Shown: in pieces, positions 54,191-63,133 of the stretch
How the letters are laid out: the number at the start of each line of letters is the position of its first letter
Position numbering within the stretch: the stretch's first letter is position 1
Assembly (NCBI GenBank): GCA_036557285.1
Contig: DATBHW010000016.1
Coordinates: 6,995 to 70,994, forward strand
Source: Ktedonobacterales bacterium
GTDB taxonomy: Bacteria > Chloroflexota > Ktedonobacteria > Ktedonobacterales > DATBGS01
Length of the DNA stretch: 64,000 bases
Direction: 5' to 3'
The notes under the pieces: model-generated
Seen by the model: only the letters and a program-made list of their open reading frames with translations
What the model was told of the DNA's origin: nothing
Database searches by the model: none
Position numbers and translations under genes: made by a program

Positions 54191-55346
54191 CTCGCCCCTT
54201 GCCTGTCCCAATCGTCTCCTCGCTGGCGCGCGCCTCTTTGGCAATCAAATCAGCGGCAATGGGCGCTTCGCGGGAGATATTGAAGAGCGTGCCACGAATG
54301 TTGTAATTCATCCCTACAAAATAGAGATGAGGGACGCCAGCAGCCCGCAGGCCATCCATCAGCGGGCGACCAGCATCATCCAGGGTAATAACATCAGCGA
54401 GATAGCGCAGCGCGGGCCGATAGCCTGTTGCCAGGATAATGCTGTCAAAGTCAGCCATTTGCCCGTTTGCAAAACAGACGCCCGCAGGCGTGAAATGCTC
54501 GATTGCGCCAGCAACGCGAATAGCTCCTTGCCGCGTATGCTGCAAGAGGTCCAATCCAATGATCGGAATCCCTGCGCCATCCAGAACACCCTGCGTTGGG
54601 CGTGGCACGCCTGCCCGCGCCTGGCGCTGTGCTGATCGGCGCAGCAGCACCGGAGCAATCAATCCCGTCACAGAGCGCGGCAGCACAGCGATGAGATGCG
54701 CCCACCACTGAATGGGTACCCCCAGCAGGTTCAACGGCACGACATTTGCTCCCGCGCGGATAGAGATCGTTGGTGTCAGGCCATGTTCCGCCAGATCGAT
54801 GGCAATCTCCGCTCCGGTGTTCCCGGCCCCGATCACCAGAACCCGCTCTCCGGCGTATGGCGCCGCGTTCTGATAGGCGGCGGCATGAAGCACGCGCCCC
54901 TTGAAAAGCTCCATATCACGATAGGTTGGGGTAAGGGGCTGGCTGAACATACCAGCCGCTGAAACAAGCGCCTGGGCGTGATACTCGCCCTTCGTCGTCG
55001 TCACGCGCCAGCCGCCCTCCTCTGGCACGACATGTGTCGCCGTGCAGTTCGTCTCAATCGCCAGCCCAAAGTGATCGGCATAAGCGGCCAGATACTCGGC
55101 AACCTGGGAGCGCGAGGGATAGCGGGGAAAAGCGCGCGGCATGGGGAAGCCGGGCAGACCAGAGAGACGTTTGACCGTATGGAGATGGAGCCGCTCATAC
55201 AGCCGCAGCCAGGTATAGCCCACAGCATCGCCTGCTTCCAAGATCAGAGGACTAATACTACGCTGCTTGAGGCACATGCCAGTAGCCAGCCCCGCCGGAC
55301 CAGCGCCAACAATAATGACGGGCGCTGACTCAACCGCACGACCCAT
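54180..55346 (-). CDS. FAD/NAD(P)-dependent flavin-containing monooxygenase-like oxidoreductase
   Basis: 'IIVGAGPAGLA' FAD fold and a second 'VIGAGNTGAEIA' NAD(P) fold. I chose the ATG at 55346 (AGGAGGGAAAGC upstream); the track ORF extends to 55457. Confidence 0.8.
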   Translation of the reverse strand: MGRAVESAPVIIVGAGPAGLATGMCLKQRSISPLILEAGDAVGYTWLRLYERLHLHTVKRLSGLPGFPMPRAFPRYPSRSQVAEYLAAYADHFGLAIETNCTATHVVPEEGGWRVTTTKGEYHAQALVSAAGMFSQPLTPTYRDMELFKGRVLHAAAYQNAAPYAGERVLVIGAGNTGAEIAIDLAEHGLTPTISIRAGANVVPLNLLGVPIQWWAHLIAVLPRSVTGLIAPVLLRRSAQRQARAGVPRPTQGVLDGAGIPIIGLDLLQHTRQGAIRVAGAIEHFTPAGVCFANGQMADFDSIILATGYRPALRYLADVITLDDAGRPLMDGLRAAGVPHLYFVGMNYNIRGTLFNISREAPIAADLIAKEARASEETIGTGKGRAAS

Positions 55347-55493
55347 GCTTTCCCTCCTGAGCAACGAACAATCACGGCTTACGCCGACAGCTTGCCAGCT
55401 TCTTGCTGAAGAAGAGCCAATCCCCTCGCTCCTATGATACACTGTAGCCTGCCACACGAGAAGGTGTATAAGTCGCTAAATGGAGAAAACTAG

Positions 55494-56213
55494 ATGGATT
55501 TCAGCAGCAAAGTCGCCGTTCTCACAGGCGCTGGCGGTGGCTGGGGGCGCGCGGTAGCCCTCGCTTTTCTGAACGCCGGAGCCTCTGTCGTCGTCGTGGA
55601 GCGCCCGGAGGTGTGCGCCGAAAGAGCAGGCTGGAAAGCAGAACTGGGGAAGCCAGGCGAACAGTTGACCCTGCTTCCAGGCAACGTCTTTGATGAAGCC
55701 AGTGTAGAGGGTATCGTCAAGGATGTACTGGCGCGACATGGTCATTTAGATGTGCTGGTGAATATGGTTGGCGGGTTTGCCGCCGGTCAACCCGTGCATG
55801 AAATGAACCCGGAAACCTGGGAGCGTATGCTCCAGTTGAATCTGCGTTCCGCCTTTCTTTGCTCAAAGCACGCGGCCCACCCCATGATTCAGCAGCGATG
55901 GGGCCGCATCATCACCATTTCTTCGCGCGCGGGCGTGCAGCCTGGCCCCAAAGCGGCGGCTTACGCTGCATCGAAAGCAGCGGTCATCTCGCTGACCGAA
56001 TCGCAGGCCGAAGAACTTAAAGACGATTTCATTACGGTAAACACGGTCTTGCCCAGCATTGTTGATACCCCCGCGAATCGTCAGGCTATGCCAAAAGCCG
56101 ACTTTTCCCGCTGGCCCAAAGGTGAGGAGATCGCTCCGGTCATCCTCTTCCTTGCCTCGGAGGAAGCGAAGTTGATCAATGGCGCGGCCATTCCGGTGTA
56201 TGGCCGGGCCTAG
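55494..56213 (+). CDS. short-chain dehydrogenase/reductase (SDR)
   Basis: 'VLTGAGGGWGRA' cofactor motif, 'NMVGG', and 'YAASKAA' YxxxK. Confidence 0.9.
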   Translation: MDFSSKVAVLTGAGGGWGRAVALAFLNAGASVVVVERPEVCAERAGWKAELGKPGEQLTLLPGNVFDEASVEGIVKDVLARHGHLDVLVNMVGGFAAGQPVHEMNPETWERMLQLNLRSAFLCSKHAAHPMIQQRWGRIITISSRAGVQPGPKAAAYAASKAAVISLTESQAEELKDDFITVNTVLPSIVDTPANRQAMPKADFSRWPKGEEIAPVILFLASEEAKLINGAAIPVYGRA

Positions 56214-57243
56214 CGTCATGCCCTCCTGGGGGTGATCGGGTTGCTTCTGATTCCGACTGATCGGCGGCAGACGCTTCCGGCGCTGCGCCGTTTGAGGACG
56301 GCTCTTCTGCTGCTGGCCTTTCTGCTGATGGCGTCTCAGGAAAGCGGCGATGGATGATGGCATTGTGAAGCATGGTGGGTACATCTTCCGGGGTTTCACG
56401 ATGACCGGCCAGCCAGGAATTGATCTCCGCGCCCATCAGCAGCAGGAAAGCGAAGTAATAAAAGAAGGAAAGGAGAAGGAGCAGAAAACCAGCCGTTTCG
56501 CCATATTTTCCCGGACGAATGAGCGCGCTGGCAATCCAGGGAAAGAGCAGTTCATAGACAACCAGAAACAACGCCGCCAGGGCGGCCCCCGGCCAGCTAT
56601 TACGCCAGCCGACATGGCGGCTAGGTACCAGCAGGTAGATTGCCAGCAGCCAGATAAACGCCGCGAGATACGCCCCCGCAAACACGGCAATCTGGGCTAT
56701 TAATCCAGGTGGCTGGGTATGCCAGACCTGCTGGACAACTGTGGTGGTGAGCAATGAAGGAATGGCTGCTCCCAGAAACATGATGGGGGCCAGAAGCACA
56801 AACAGCGCCGTCAGGCCAAGCGCCACCAGTTGCTGTCCAAGCACCGAGCGTGGTCGTTCACGATAGATGATTGCGAAACAATCATCCATCCTGACAACAA
56901 GGCGCGAGCCGAACAAGAGCGCCGAAATCAAGCCCACCACCAACAGCACGCCAGAGGATTGCTTCAGATCATTCGTGACCGCTACGATGACGTGGCTCGA
57001 TATTTGCGCGGGAAAGACTTGCTCAAGTGCAGCAATCAGTTTCTCCTCTGTGCCAGAGCGCAGCCCTTGCAGCGCCAGGCCCACCCCGCCGATGAGCAGT
57101 AGAAAAATCGGCACCGTTGCCAGCAAAAGATAGTACGCCAGCATCCCGGCCAGATCAAAAATCCAGTCGTTGAATGCTTTATAACAAAAGCGTATTGGCA
57201 CAGTGCGTCGCAGCGCCGACCAGTTGATGCGAAGCAAGCGCAT
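56176..57243 (-). CDS. YihY/BrkB-family membrane protein
   Basis: 'FNDWIFDLAGMLAYYLLLATVPIFLLL' N-terminal signature and 6 helices, with a hydrophilic C-terminal tail. I chose the ATG at 57243 (GAGGTGGGG upstream). 38-nt convergent overlap with the SDR gene. Confidence 0.8.
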   Translation of the reverse strand: MRLLRINWSALRRTVPIRFCYKAFNDWIFDLAGMLAYYLLLATVPIFLLLIGGVGLALQGLRSGTEEKLIAALEQVFPAQISSHVIVAVTNDLKQSSGVLLVVGLISALLFGSRLVVRMDDCFAIIYRERPRSVLGQQLVALGLTALFVLLAPIMFLGAAIPSLLTTTVVQQVWHTQPPGLIAQIAVFAGAYLAAFIWLLAIYLLVPSRHVGWRNSWPGAALAALFLVVYELLFPWIASALIRPGKYGETAGFLLLLLSFFYYFAFLLLMGAEINSWLAGHRETPEDVPTMLHNAIIHRRFPETPSAERPAAEEPSSNGAAPEASAADQSESEATRSPPGGHDARPGHTPEWPRH

Positions 57244-57374
57244 CTTCCCCACCTCTGCTCATATTTAACACTCGCCAGGTTGATCTATGAAAATACAAAC
57301 GCACGATATATTCCAAATTGCAGATAGGACAGGCATCTTCTTCTATCGAGTGCCATCAGAGTCCATGCCAGATA

Positions 57375-58628
57375 TTATGAACTGATCCACTCCACCACAT
57401 GCGCTTCCGTGAGGTCAGGGACTTCTAGCTTGCGCATCAGGCGATAGATCACCGCTTCGGGGACAGGATTGGGGCGCGCGGCATTCCTGCGCAGCATCTC
57501 ATCAAAGGGGGCTTCTACATAGACGATGCGAACCCTCGCGTGATATGAGGTGAAAAAGTCGATCAACTGTGAGCGCAGCAAACGGGTAACATTGGTCGCA
57601 TTCCACACAAAGAATTGCTGTTTGCGCATCAATGCGCGCGCCTGCTCTTTCGCCACTTGAATCACCCGCCCTTGCTGTGCTTCAGAGGCAATCTTCAAGT
57701 CCTGGCGCAGACGATCAAGGGAAACTATCGGCCAATCCGAGCAATGTTCTGCTATCCAGCGGTCTTTTCCCACGCCGGGCAGCCCGGCCATCAACACTAC
57801 CTCAAAGCGCGAATCATCATAGGCCGTATACTCCGGGTCTCTGCCCTCGCCGCGAAAAAACAGGAAACGGCTCTGCGCGTTCGCAAACGACCTGGGGCCG
57901 TGATAACACCGCTGCTCCTGGCAGAACTCGCGGAAGAGTTCGATGCGTCCCAGCAATGCCTGCTGGTCGGCGCAGATGCGCCCCCTGACATCCACCTCTG
58001 CCAGCAGCGCCAGCCTATCCAGGCGAACCGTCTGGCTGGCTTCAATCACCGCACGTTCAGGAGCCGACTTTTCCAGAAACCATAGAGGCAAGCCGTGATA
58101 GCGAACCAGTTTAGCAATCCGCTCCCGCTGAGCAAAGGGCGCGGGCGCGCGAGCCGCAGGCGAGACTGCGGGAACCCAGTTCCCGCAAGCGCCCGCGCCT
58201 TCGGCGGCGGGCGCGCGAGCCGCAGGCGTGTCCAGGCCGATGCCTCGCCATAAAATCTCCCTTGCCAGCGATTCACCTTTGCGGGCATGCTTCTTCGAGC
58301 TAATCCTACCATCTGGCTCGACGACAGTACACGCTGGTTTCGCCACGTCATGCAGCAGGGCGGCGGCAAACAGCGCCTCGCGTTCCTCTTGAGGCAAAGC
58401 GCGCCATTCGTCTAACACGATCAAAGCTTCCGCAACCATGCGCGTGTGAATCAGCACATCCCCTTCGGCATGAAACAGCGGGTCTTGCGGCGTGTCTCGC
58501 ATCGCCTGTATCCAGTCACACTGCGCCTGGATGCGCTCCCACGACAATCGCCAATCTGGCGGCATGGGGCAAAAGGGAAAAGACCAGCTTTGTATATTCT
58601 CTCGCTCGTCGTTCACAGCCTGCCTCAT
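57375..58628 (-). CDS. HD-domain phosphoesterase fused to P-loop polynucleotide kinase (HD-Pnk-like end-healing enzyme)
   Basis: N-terminal 'FHAEGDVLIHT...AALLHDVAKP...KKHARKG' (H..HD..H pattern) and C-terminal 'VVLMAGLPGVGKD' Walker A kinase module. Same strand as the ligase gene and 14 nt after it. Confidence 0.8.
   Translation of the reverse strand: MRQAVNDERENIQSWSFPFCPMPPDWRLSWERIQAQCDWIQAMRDTPQDPLFHAEGDVLIHTRMVAEALIVLDEWRALPQEEREALFAAALLHDVAKPACTVVEPDGRISSKKHARKGESLAREILWRGIGLDTPAARAPAAEGAGACGNWVPAVSPAARAPAPFAQRERIAKLVRYHGLPLWFLEKSAPERAVIEASQTVRLDRLALLAEVDVRGRICADQQALLGRIELFREFCQEQRCYHGPRSFANAQSRFLFFRGEGRDPEYTAYDDSRFEVVLMAGLPGVGKDRWIAEHCSDWPIVSLDRLRQDLKIASEAQQGRVIQVAKEQARALMRKQQFFVWNATNVTRLLRSQLIDFFTSYHARVRIVYVEAPFDEMLRRNAARPNPVPEAVIYRLMRKLEVPDLTEAHVVEWISS
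58141..58228. repeat. 22-bp perfect direct repeat pair flanking a 44-bp GC-rich segment with an internal hairpin, in-frame inside the HD-Pnk gene
   Basis: GCGGGCGCGCGAGCCGCAGGCG occurs at 58141-58162 and 58207-58228, offset 66 nt (22 codons). Internal 9-bp stem tgcgggaac/gttcccgca at 58167-58187. It encodes PAARAPA...PAARAPA. Confidence 0.7.
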
Positions 58629-58642
58629 TATCTCGTGTGCGC

Positions 58643-59428
58643 TTAGAAGAGCCGGACGCCAGGTTTCAGGCCGTTGGGAATGATCGGGCGATCAAGCCAA
58701 TGGCTGTCGGAGTCGAGGACCGTTTGCAGAAAGCTGGAGCGCACATATTTATAGCGCCCCTGCACCTGCCCACCTTCCTCGACCTTGATATATAAGCCTT
58801 CCATCAAACCGCTTTGATCGGTCTTAGGTAAGACCAGTCTGGCGTCCAGATTTCTTACAGTGCAGATCGATTCCAGGCGGCGCAGAGAATCCGGGGCAAT
58901 AAAGTGCGATGGGCCGACCAGCGCCGTCAGTTCCCGCAACGACTTCACCTGCCCCTCGTAAAGCACCTTGACCGACGCGACAAAAGGCGCTTGCTTCAGC
59001 AGTTTCCTGCGCCTCTGCGTGCTGAGAAAGACGGCATTTACTTTGTCGAACAGATCAAACTCCAGAAAATAATGGGGCAAGTCAGTGTAGAAGATACTGT
59101 GTTTGGCATACAACCACTCGCCATACATCACATAGCGATCAGCCAGCGCGTCCCATAAGTCGGTGGTGTAGCGCCCGGCCCAGGCTTTGAGAAGGTGAAA
59201 ATGTTTTTCTCGTTCGCCGCCAACCAGGTAATGCCCCCGGCTTTGCAGGAGCAATCGGCCATCAGGGTTAAAGCTCACCGCGCTGTTAGCCCCATCCATC
59301 TTTTCTTCCACCACCAGATAGCGCCCTGCAAGCTCTTGAAACGAAGCAACGCTCACATCTTCATCGCCCGGCTGCAAGCCGGAGCCTTCGATATGCCGTG
59401 TGCGTGGATATTTATAAATCTCGCTCAT
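58643..59428 (-). CDS. ATP-dependent polynucleotide (RNA) ligase, nucleotidyltransferase-domain-only type
   Basis: 'YPRTRHI' N-terminus, 'VVEEKMDGAN' (motif I lysine), 'VMYGEWL' (III), 'EGLYIKV' (IV) and 'RYKYVR' (V). ATGA overlap with the upstream methyltransferase gene. Confidence 0.8.
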   Translation of the reverse strand: MSEIYKYPRTRHIEGSGLQPGDEDVSVASFQELAGRYLVVEEKMDGANSAVSFNPDGRLLLQSRGHYLVGGEREKHFHLLKAWAGRYTTDLWDALADRYVMYGEWLYAKHSIFYTDLPHYFLEFDLFDKVNAVFLSTQRRRKLLKQAPFVASVKVLYEGQVKSLRELTALVGPSHFIAPDSLRRLESICTVRNLDARLVLPKTDQSGLMEGLYIKVEEGGQVQGRYKYVRSSFLQTVLDSDSHWLDRPIIPNGLKPGVRLF

Positions 59429-60126
59429 CCCTGCCCCATCTTTGCCACGATCAGGATATGGTTCAGAACATAACTCACGTTCACATGCAGCGCCCCTTGC
59501 TCTGTCAACAGCGCCCTCAACGTGCGCTCGTCAAACAGATGAATATGCTCAGGGTTATGGTCTTCTTTGGATGGTATTGAGCAGATAAGACACCTGCTTG
59601 CCACCCGGCAGACTTCCGCCAGCGCCTTTGTAGTATCGGGGATATGCTCCAGCACCTCCAGCATCGTAACCACATCAAAGCTGCGATCAGCAAACGCCAG
59701 CGAAGTGACATCCATCTTCAACGCCGTAAGCTGCGTCATACCGCCAGCATGTACCGCTTGCATATCCGCCACACGATAATCAAGCAGATCAAGCGCCGTG
59801 ACGGGCAGATCGGGAAATTCGGTGAGCAGCGGCCAGAGAAACGCGCCCCTGCCGCTGCCAATGTCAAGCAGGTTACACGGCTGAAGACCCTTTAGAACAC
59901 CCAGCGCCTTCCTGACACGCGGCAGTTCCATCGTTCGCTTAAACCGATGCAAGCGGAGTCCCTGGCTAATGCCAAATTGAATAACCTGCTCCAGCGCCTC
60001 ATCAGAAAGGTCATTGAGCGGTTGAGCAAACAATGGCCTATGCTGCTCCGCTAGAGGGGTATGCAGCAGCTTTCCGCGCACAAAGGCAGCCGCAAGCCGT
60101 GAATAATAAGCTGGGGCGCTGCTCAT
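59425..60126 (-). CDS. class I SAM-dependent methyltransferase (small, Hen1-catalytic-domain-like features)
   Basis: 'LLDIGSGRGAF' motif I, 'VTALDLLD', and 'VVTMLEVLEHIPD' followed by 'NPEHIHLF'. Confidence 0.8.
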   Translation of the reverse strand: MSSAPAYYSRLAAAFVRGKLLHTPLAEQHRPLFAQPLNDLSDEALEQVIQFGISQGLRLHRFKRTMELPRVRKALGVLKGLQPCNLLDIGSGRGAFLWPLLTEFPDLPVTALDLLDYRVADMQAVHAGGMTQLTALKMDVTSLAFADRSFDVVTMLEVLEHIPDTTKALAEVCRVASRCLICSIPSKEDHNPEHIHLFDERTLRALLTEQGALHVNVSYVLNHILIVAKMGQG

Positions 60127-60192
60127 GGGTGCCAGGCCTCATCCTTTGGGAAATCGGCTGAAGTATAGCACATGGGGCCGCAAAGCAGATGA

Positions 60193-60840
60193 TTACACGA
60201 TCCAGTCGCGGCGCTCAGCGAAGGCATACAGCGCCCGCTCCTGGGAGGGTGCTTCTACCGCGCCCGTACAGACGGCGCGAACCGTTCGCAGGGCTTCTGC
60301 CGGGCTGGCGCCGCTGCGAATGAGATAAGCGGTCAGGACGGTTCCGGTGCGCCCCTGGCCCATCAGGCAATGGACCACTACTGCGCGGCCAAGCGCGTGC
60401 TGCTCATCAATAAACTCAAGGGCGCGCACGAGTTGTGCTGTCGTTGGAGGGGTCAGGTCTGGCACAGGCAGATGTAATACGGCCAGATCATGCCGCGCCA
60501 GAGCTTCAGCGTTCAGTTGCGTTTCAGTAAGCGAGAGGACCGCGCCGATACCTTGCTGATTCAGCCAGAGCAGATCATCATCCAGCCTATCGGCTTCTTC
60601 AGAGTGGGCATCTTTTTCGCGCGCGAAAGGATTACCTCCACCTCTGCCGCCTGGACGTGGGCAGCCTGCCAGCAAGCCCTCAATCAACCAGTAAAAACCG
60701 CGCATAACCTTCTCGCTATCCTCCTTCGCCTTTCTTGCGTCCTTCTTGCTTGAAGTGTACCATCTGGCGCTGATTGGCAAATCAGTCTTCCAGCCAGGTT
60801 TGTGCTTTTCTCCGCCTGCCCAAAGGTCTAGGTAGCTCAC
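60193..60840 (-). CDS. dual-specificity (cysteine) phosphatase-fold protein
   Basis: 'VVVHCLMGQGRTGTVLTAYL' HCX5R(T) P-loop, with 'LPVPDLTPP' as a candidate general-acid loop. The start is uncertain: GTG 60840 without an SD, or ATG 60705 (MRGFYWLIEGLLAGCP). Confidence 0.75.
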   Translation of the reverse strand: MSYLDLWAGGEKHKPGWKTDLPISARWYTSSKKDARKAKEDSEKVMRGFYWLIEGLLAGCPRPGGRGGGNPFAREKDAHSEEADRLDDDLLWLNQQGIGAVLSLTETQLNAEALARHDLAVLHLPVPDLTPPTTAQLVRALEFIDEQHALGRAVVVHCLMGQGRTGTVLTAYLIRSGASPAEALRTVRAVCTGAVEAPSQERALYAFAERRDWIV

Positions 60841-61005
60841 TCAACAGAAGGGGGATGTGGCCGCGCTCACCGCATTGTATGCTCAGAGTGTCCTACCGAG
60901 TCACGCCAACGGGCTGAGTTCACAAGCTATCACCACCAGGCTATTTACAAGACACAAGGTTTTGGCCCGTTCAGAGCGGCAGGAGTACCAGAGGAGAAGA
61001 TTACA

Positions 61006-61941
61006 ATGGCAGAGAAACAAGGCCAGCCATCAGTGCTGAGTCAGTTTTCAGATCAATTAGCAACCGTCGTCGAGCGCGCCGCGCGCTCCATCGTTACCGT
61101 CGCAGCCAGACCGCGCCAGACCGCAACCGGCATTCTCTGGCAAGCCGGGCAAGAAACCATCATTCTCACTGCCGATCATGTCATCGAGCGCGAAGAAGAT
61201 ATTACCCTTACCCTGCCGGACAAGCGCGAAGCGAAGGCTCAGCTTATTGGCCGCGATCCCAGCACTGACCTGGCCGCGCTCCGGCTGAGCGGCGTGGAAC
61301 TGGGCGCGGAGAACGTCGCCGCAGAAACCAGCGAAGGGCTGCGCGTCGGCCATCTCGTCCTGGCGATTGGGCGGCCATCATCAGACGGGCCGCGTGTTTC
61401 GTTTGGCGCGGTCAGCTCTATTGATGGCCCCCGGCGCTCCTACCAGGGCAGCGAGATCGAAGGCGTTATCTATGCCGATGTAACGCTCTATCCTGGCTTC
61501 TCAGGCGGGCCACTCGTCGATCTTTCAGGGCGCGTGGTCGGTCTGAATAGCTCGCAGCTTACCCGCCAGAACAGCAGCGCGCTTCCCGTCGTGACACTGC
61601 GCCGCGTGGCAAACACGCTGCTGACACATGGGCGTGTGCGGCGCGGATACCTTGGGGTCGGCACCCAGCAGGTGCCTTTCCCTGCCGCGCTCGCGCAAAA
61701 GGGCGGTATCACCCAGCAGACGGGCCTGTTGATCGTCGCCGTCGAGCCTGGCAGCCCGGCAGAGAAAGCAGGCTTGCTGATCGGCGATCTACTGGTTTCG
61801 CTGGGCGGCCAGCCGACAACGGATGGCGCGACCCTGCGCGCCCAGCTTGGGGCTGATCAACTGGGCCAGGCGCTCCAGGCGAAAATCTTCCGTGGTGGCG
61901 AGCCGCGCGACATCAATATCACTGTTACCGAACGGTCCTAG
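61006..61941 (+). CDS. S1C trypsin-like serine protease with C-terminal PDZ domain (HtrA/DegP-like)
   Basis: Triad contexts 'LTADHVI', 'TDLAAL' and 'GFSGGPL'. PDZ-like 'GSPAEKAGLLIGDLLVSLGG'. Confidence 0.85.
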   Translation: MAEKQGQPSVLSQFSDQLATVVERAARSIVTVAARPRQTATGILWQAGQETIILTADHVIEREEDITLTLPDKREAKAQLIGRDPSTDLAALRLSGVELGAENVAAETSEGLRVGHLVLAIGRPSSDGPRVSFGAVSSIDGPRRSYQGSEIEGVIYADVTLYPGFSGGPLVDLSGRVVGLNSSQLTRQNSSALPVVTLRRVANTLLTHGRVRRGYLGVGTQQVPFPAALAQKGGITQQTGLLIVAVEPGSPAEKAGLLIGDLLVSLGGQPTTDGATLRAQLGADQLGQALQAKIFRGGEPRDINITVTERS

Positions 61942-61985
61942 CTTTCACTATCCTCCAGGCGGATCGCCAGGAAGGAATCGCTTCT

Positions 61986-63014
61986 ATGTCAACAGAACAA
62001 AACACTACCAACCCTCTCTCTGAGGAGCTTGCCAACCTGACCGAGTTGGTGCGCGCCAGCGTCGTGCAGGTGCATGAAGGGAGCCGAGGCATCGGGTCAG
62101 GCATCATCTGGCGTCTCGAAGCGCCCGATGCTGACGGCGAAGCCGACGCGACTATCATCACCAACGCCCACGTTGTACGCGCCGCTGGCGAAAAGACGCT
62201 CACATTGCAGCTTGCCGATAACCGCAAGATTCAGGGGACGCTTATCGCCGTCGATCCGGCGCACGATCTGGCTGCGCTGCGCGTGCATACCAGCAGCCTT
62301 CATCCGGCGCAGATCGGCGACTCCACAAAGCTGCGAGTGGGCGAACTGATGCTGGCGGTAGGCCATCCGCTTGGGCGCATTGGGGCGCTGACGTTTGGCG
62401 TCTTGGCGGCTCGCGCGCCCGCCGATCCCGACATACGGCTTGAGCCAATCGAGCCTGCCAGGGACGCGGAAAAGCACCCGGCGTCAGATGGCGACACACC
62501 CCCAGGACGGGAGAGGCGGCTGCAAGGGGTAGATTTTATTCAGGCAGATATTCGCCTGTATCCTGGTAACTCCGGCGGGCCGCTGGCCGACGCGCAGGGC
62601 CGCGTCGTCGGCGTCAACGCGATGGTTGGCGGGGGTCTGGCCTTTGCCATACCCAGTCGCGTTGTGGAACAATTCCTGTTAGAAGTCGGCCAGGCAACAT
62701 CGCAGGTATATCTTGGCGTGCAGGTGCTTACCGCGCCCCTACCCGCAGCCCTACGCCAGCGGTTGGGCATCCAGCAAGAGACAGCGGCGCTGGTGTTGGA
62801 GGTAGAAGCTGGCAGCCCCGCAGAAGCAGCGGGCATAATAGTAGGTGATGTCGTGTTAGCGGTTCAAGGACAGGCCGTCCACGATGTTCAGTACATCTCG
62901 CGGCTCTTGCGCCGCGCCAGGCCAAGCAGCGGCCAGGGATTGACGCTCTCGCTGCTGCGCGGCGGCGAGCGCCTGGAACTCTCGCTGCTCCCAGAGGTAC
63001 GCGCCGCTGCATAA
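61986..63014 (+). CDS. S1C trypsin-like serine protease with PDZ domain, paralogue with an inserted loop
   Basis: 'ITNAHVV', 'HDLAAL' and 'GNSGGPL'. PDZ-like 'GSPAEAAGIIVGDVVLAVQG'. About 45 extra residues lie between the Asp and Ser contexts (ARAPADPDIRLEPIEPARDAEKHPASDGDTPPGRERR). Confidence 0.85.
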   Translation: MSTEQNTTNPLSEELANLTELVRASVVQVHEGSRGIGSGIIWRLEAPDADGEADATIITNAHVVRAAGEKTLTLQLADNRKIQGTLIAVDPAHDLAALRVHTSSLHPAQIGDSTKLRVGELMLAVGHPLGRIGALTFGVLAARAPADPDIRLEPIEPARDAEKHPASDGDTPPGRERRLQGVDFIQADIRLYPGNSGGPLADAQGRVVGVNAMVGGGLAFAIPSRVVEQFLLEVGQATSQVYLGVQVLTAPLPAALRQRLGIQQETAALVLEVEAGSPAEAAGIIVGDVVLAVQGQAVHDVQYISRLLRRARPSSGQGLTLSLLRGGERLELSLLPEVRAAA

Positions 63015-63133
63015 CATATTTTTGATAAGAGCCTGACGTGCCAGGAGACCCTGATGTGGGAGGCATTCTCTTCCCACTCAGGGCTGCTGGCGCGAACAAC
63101 TATTTTTCATCTGCACAGAGAGGCGACCCAGCA

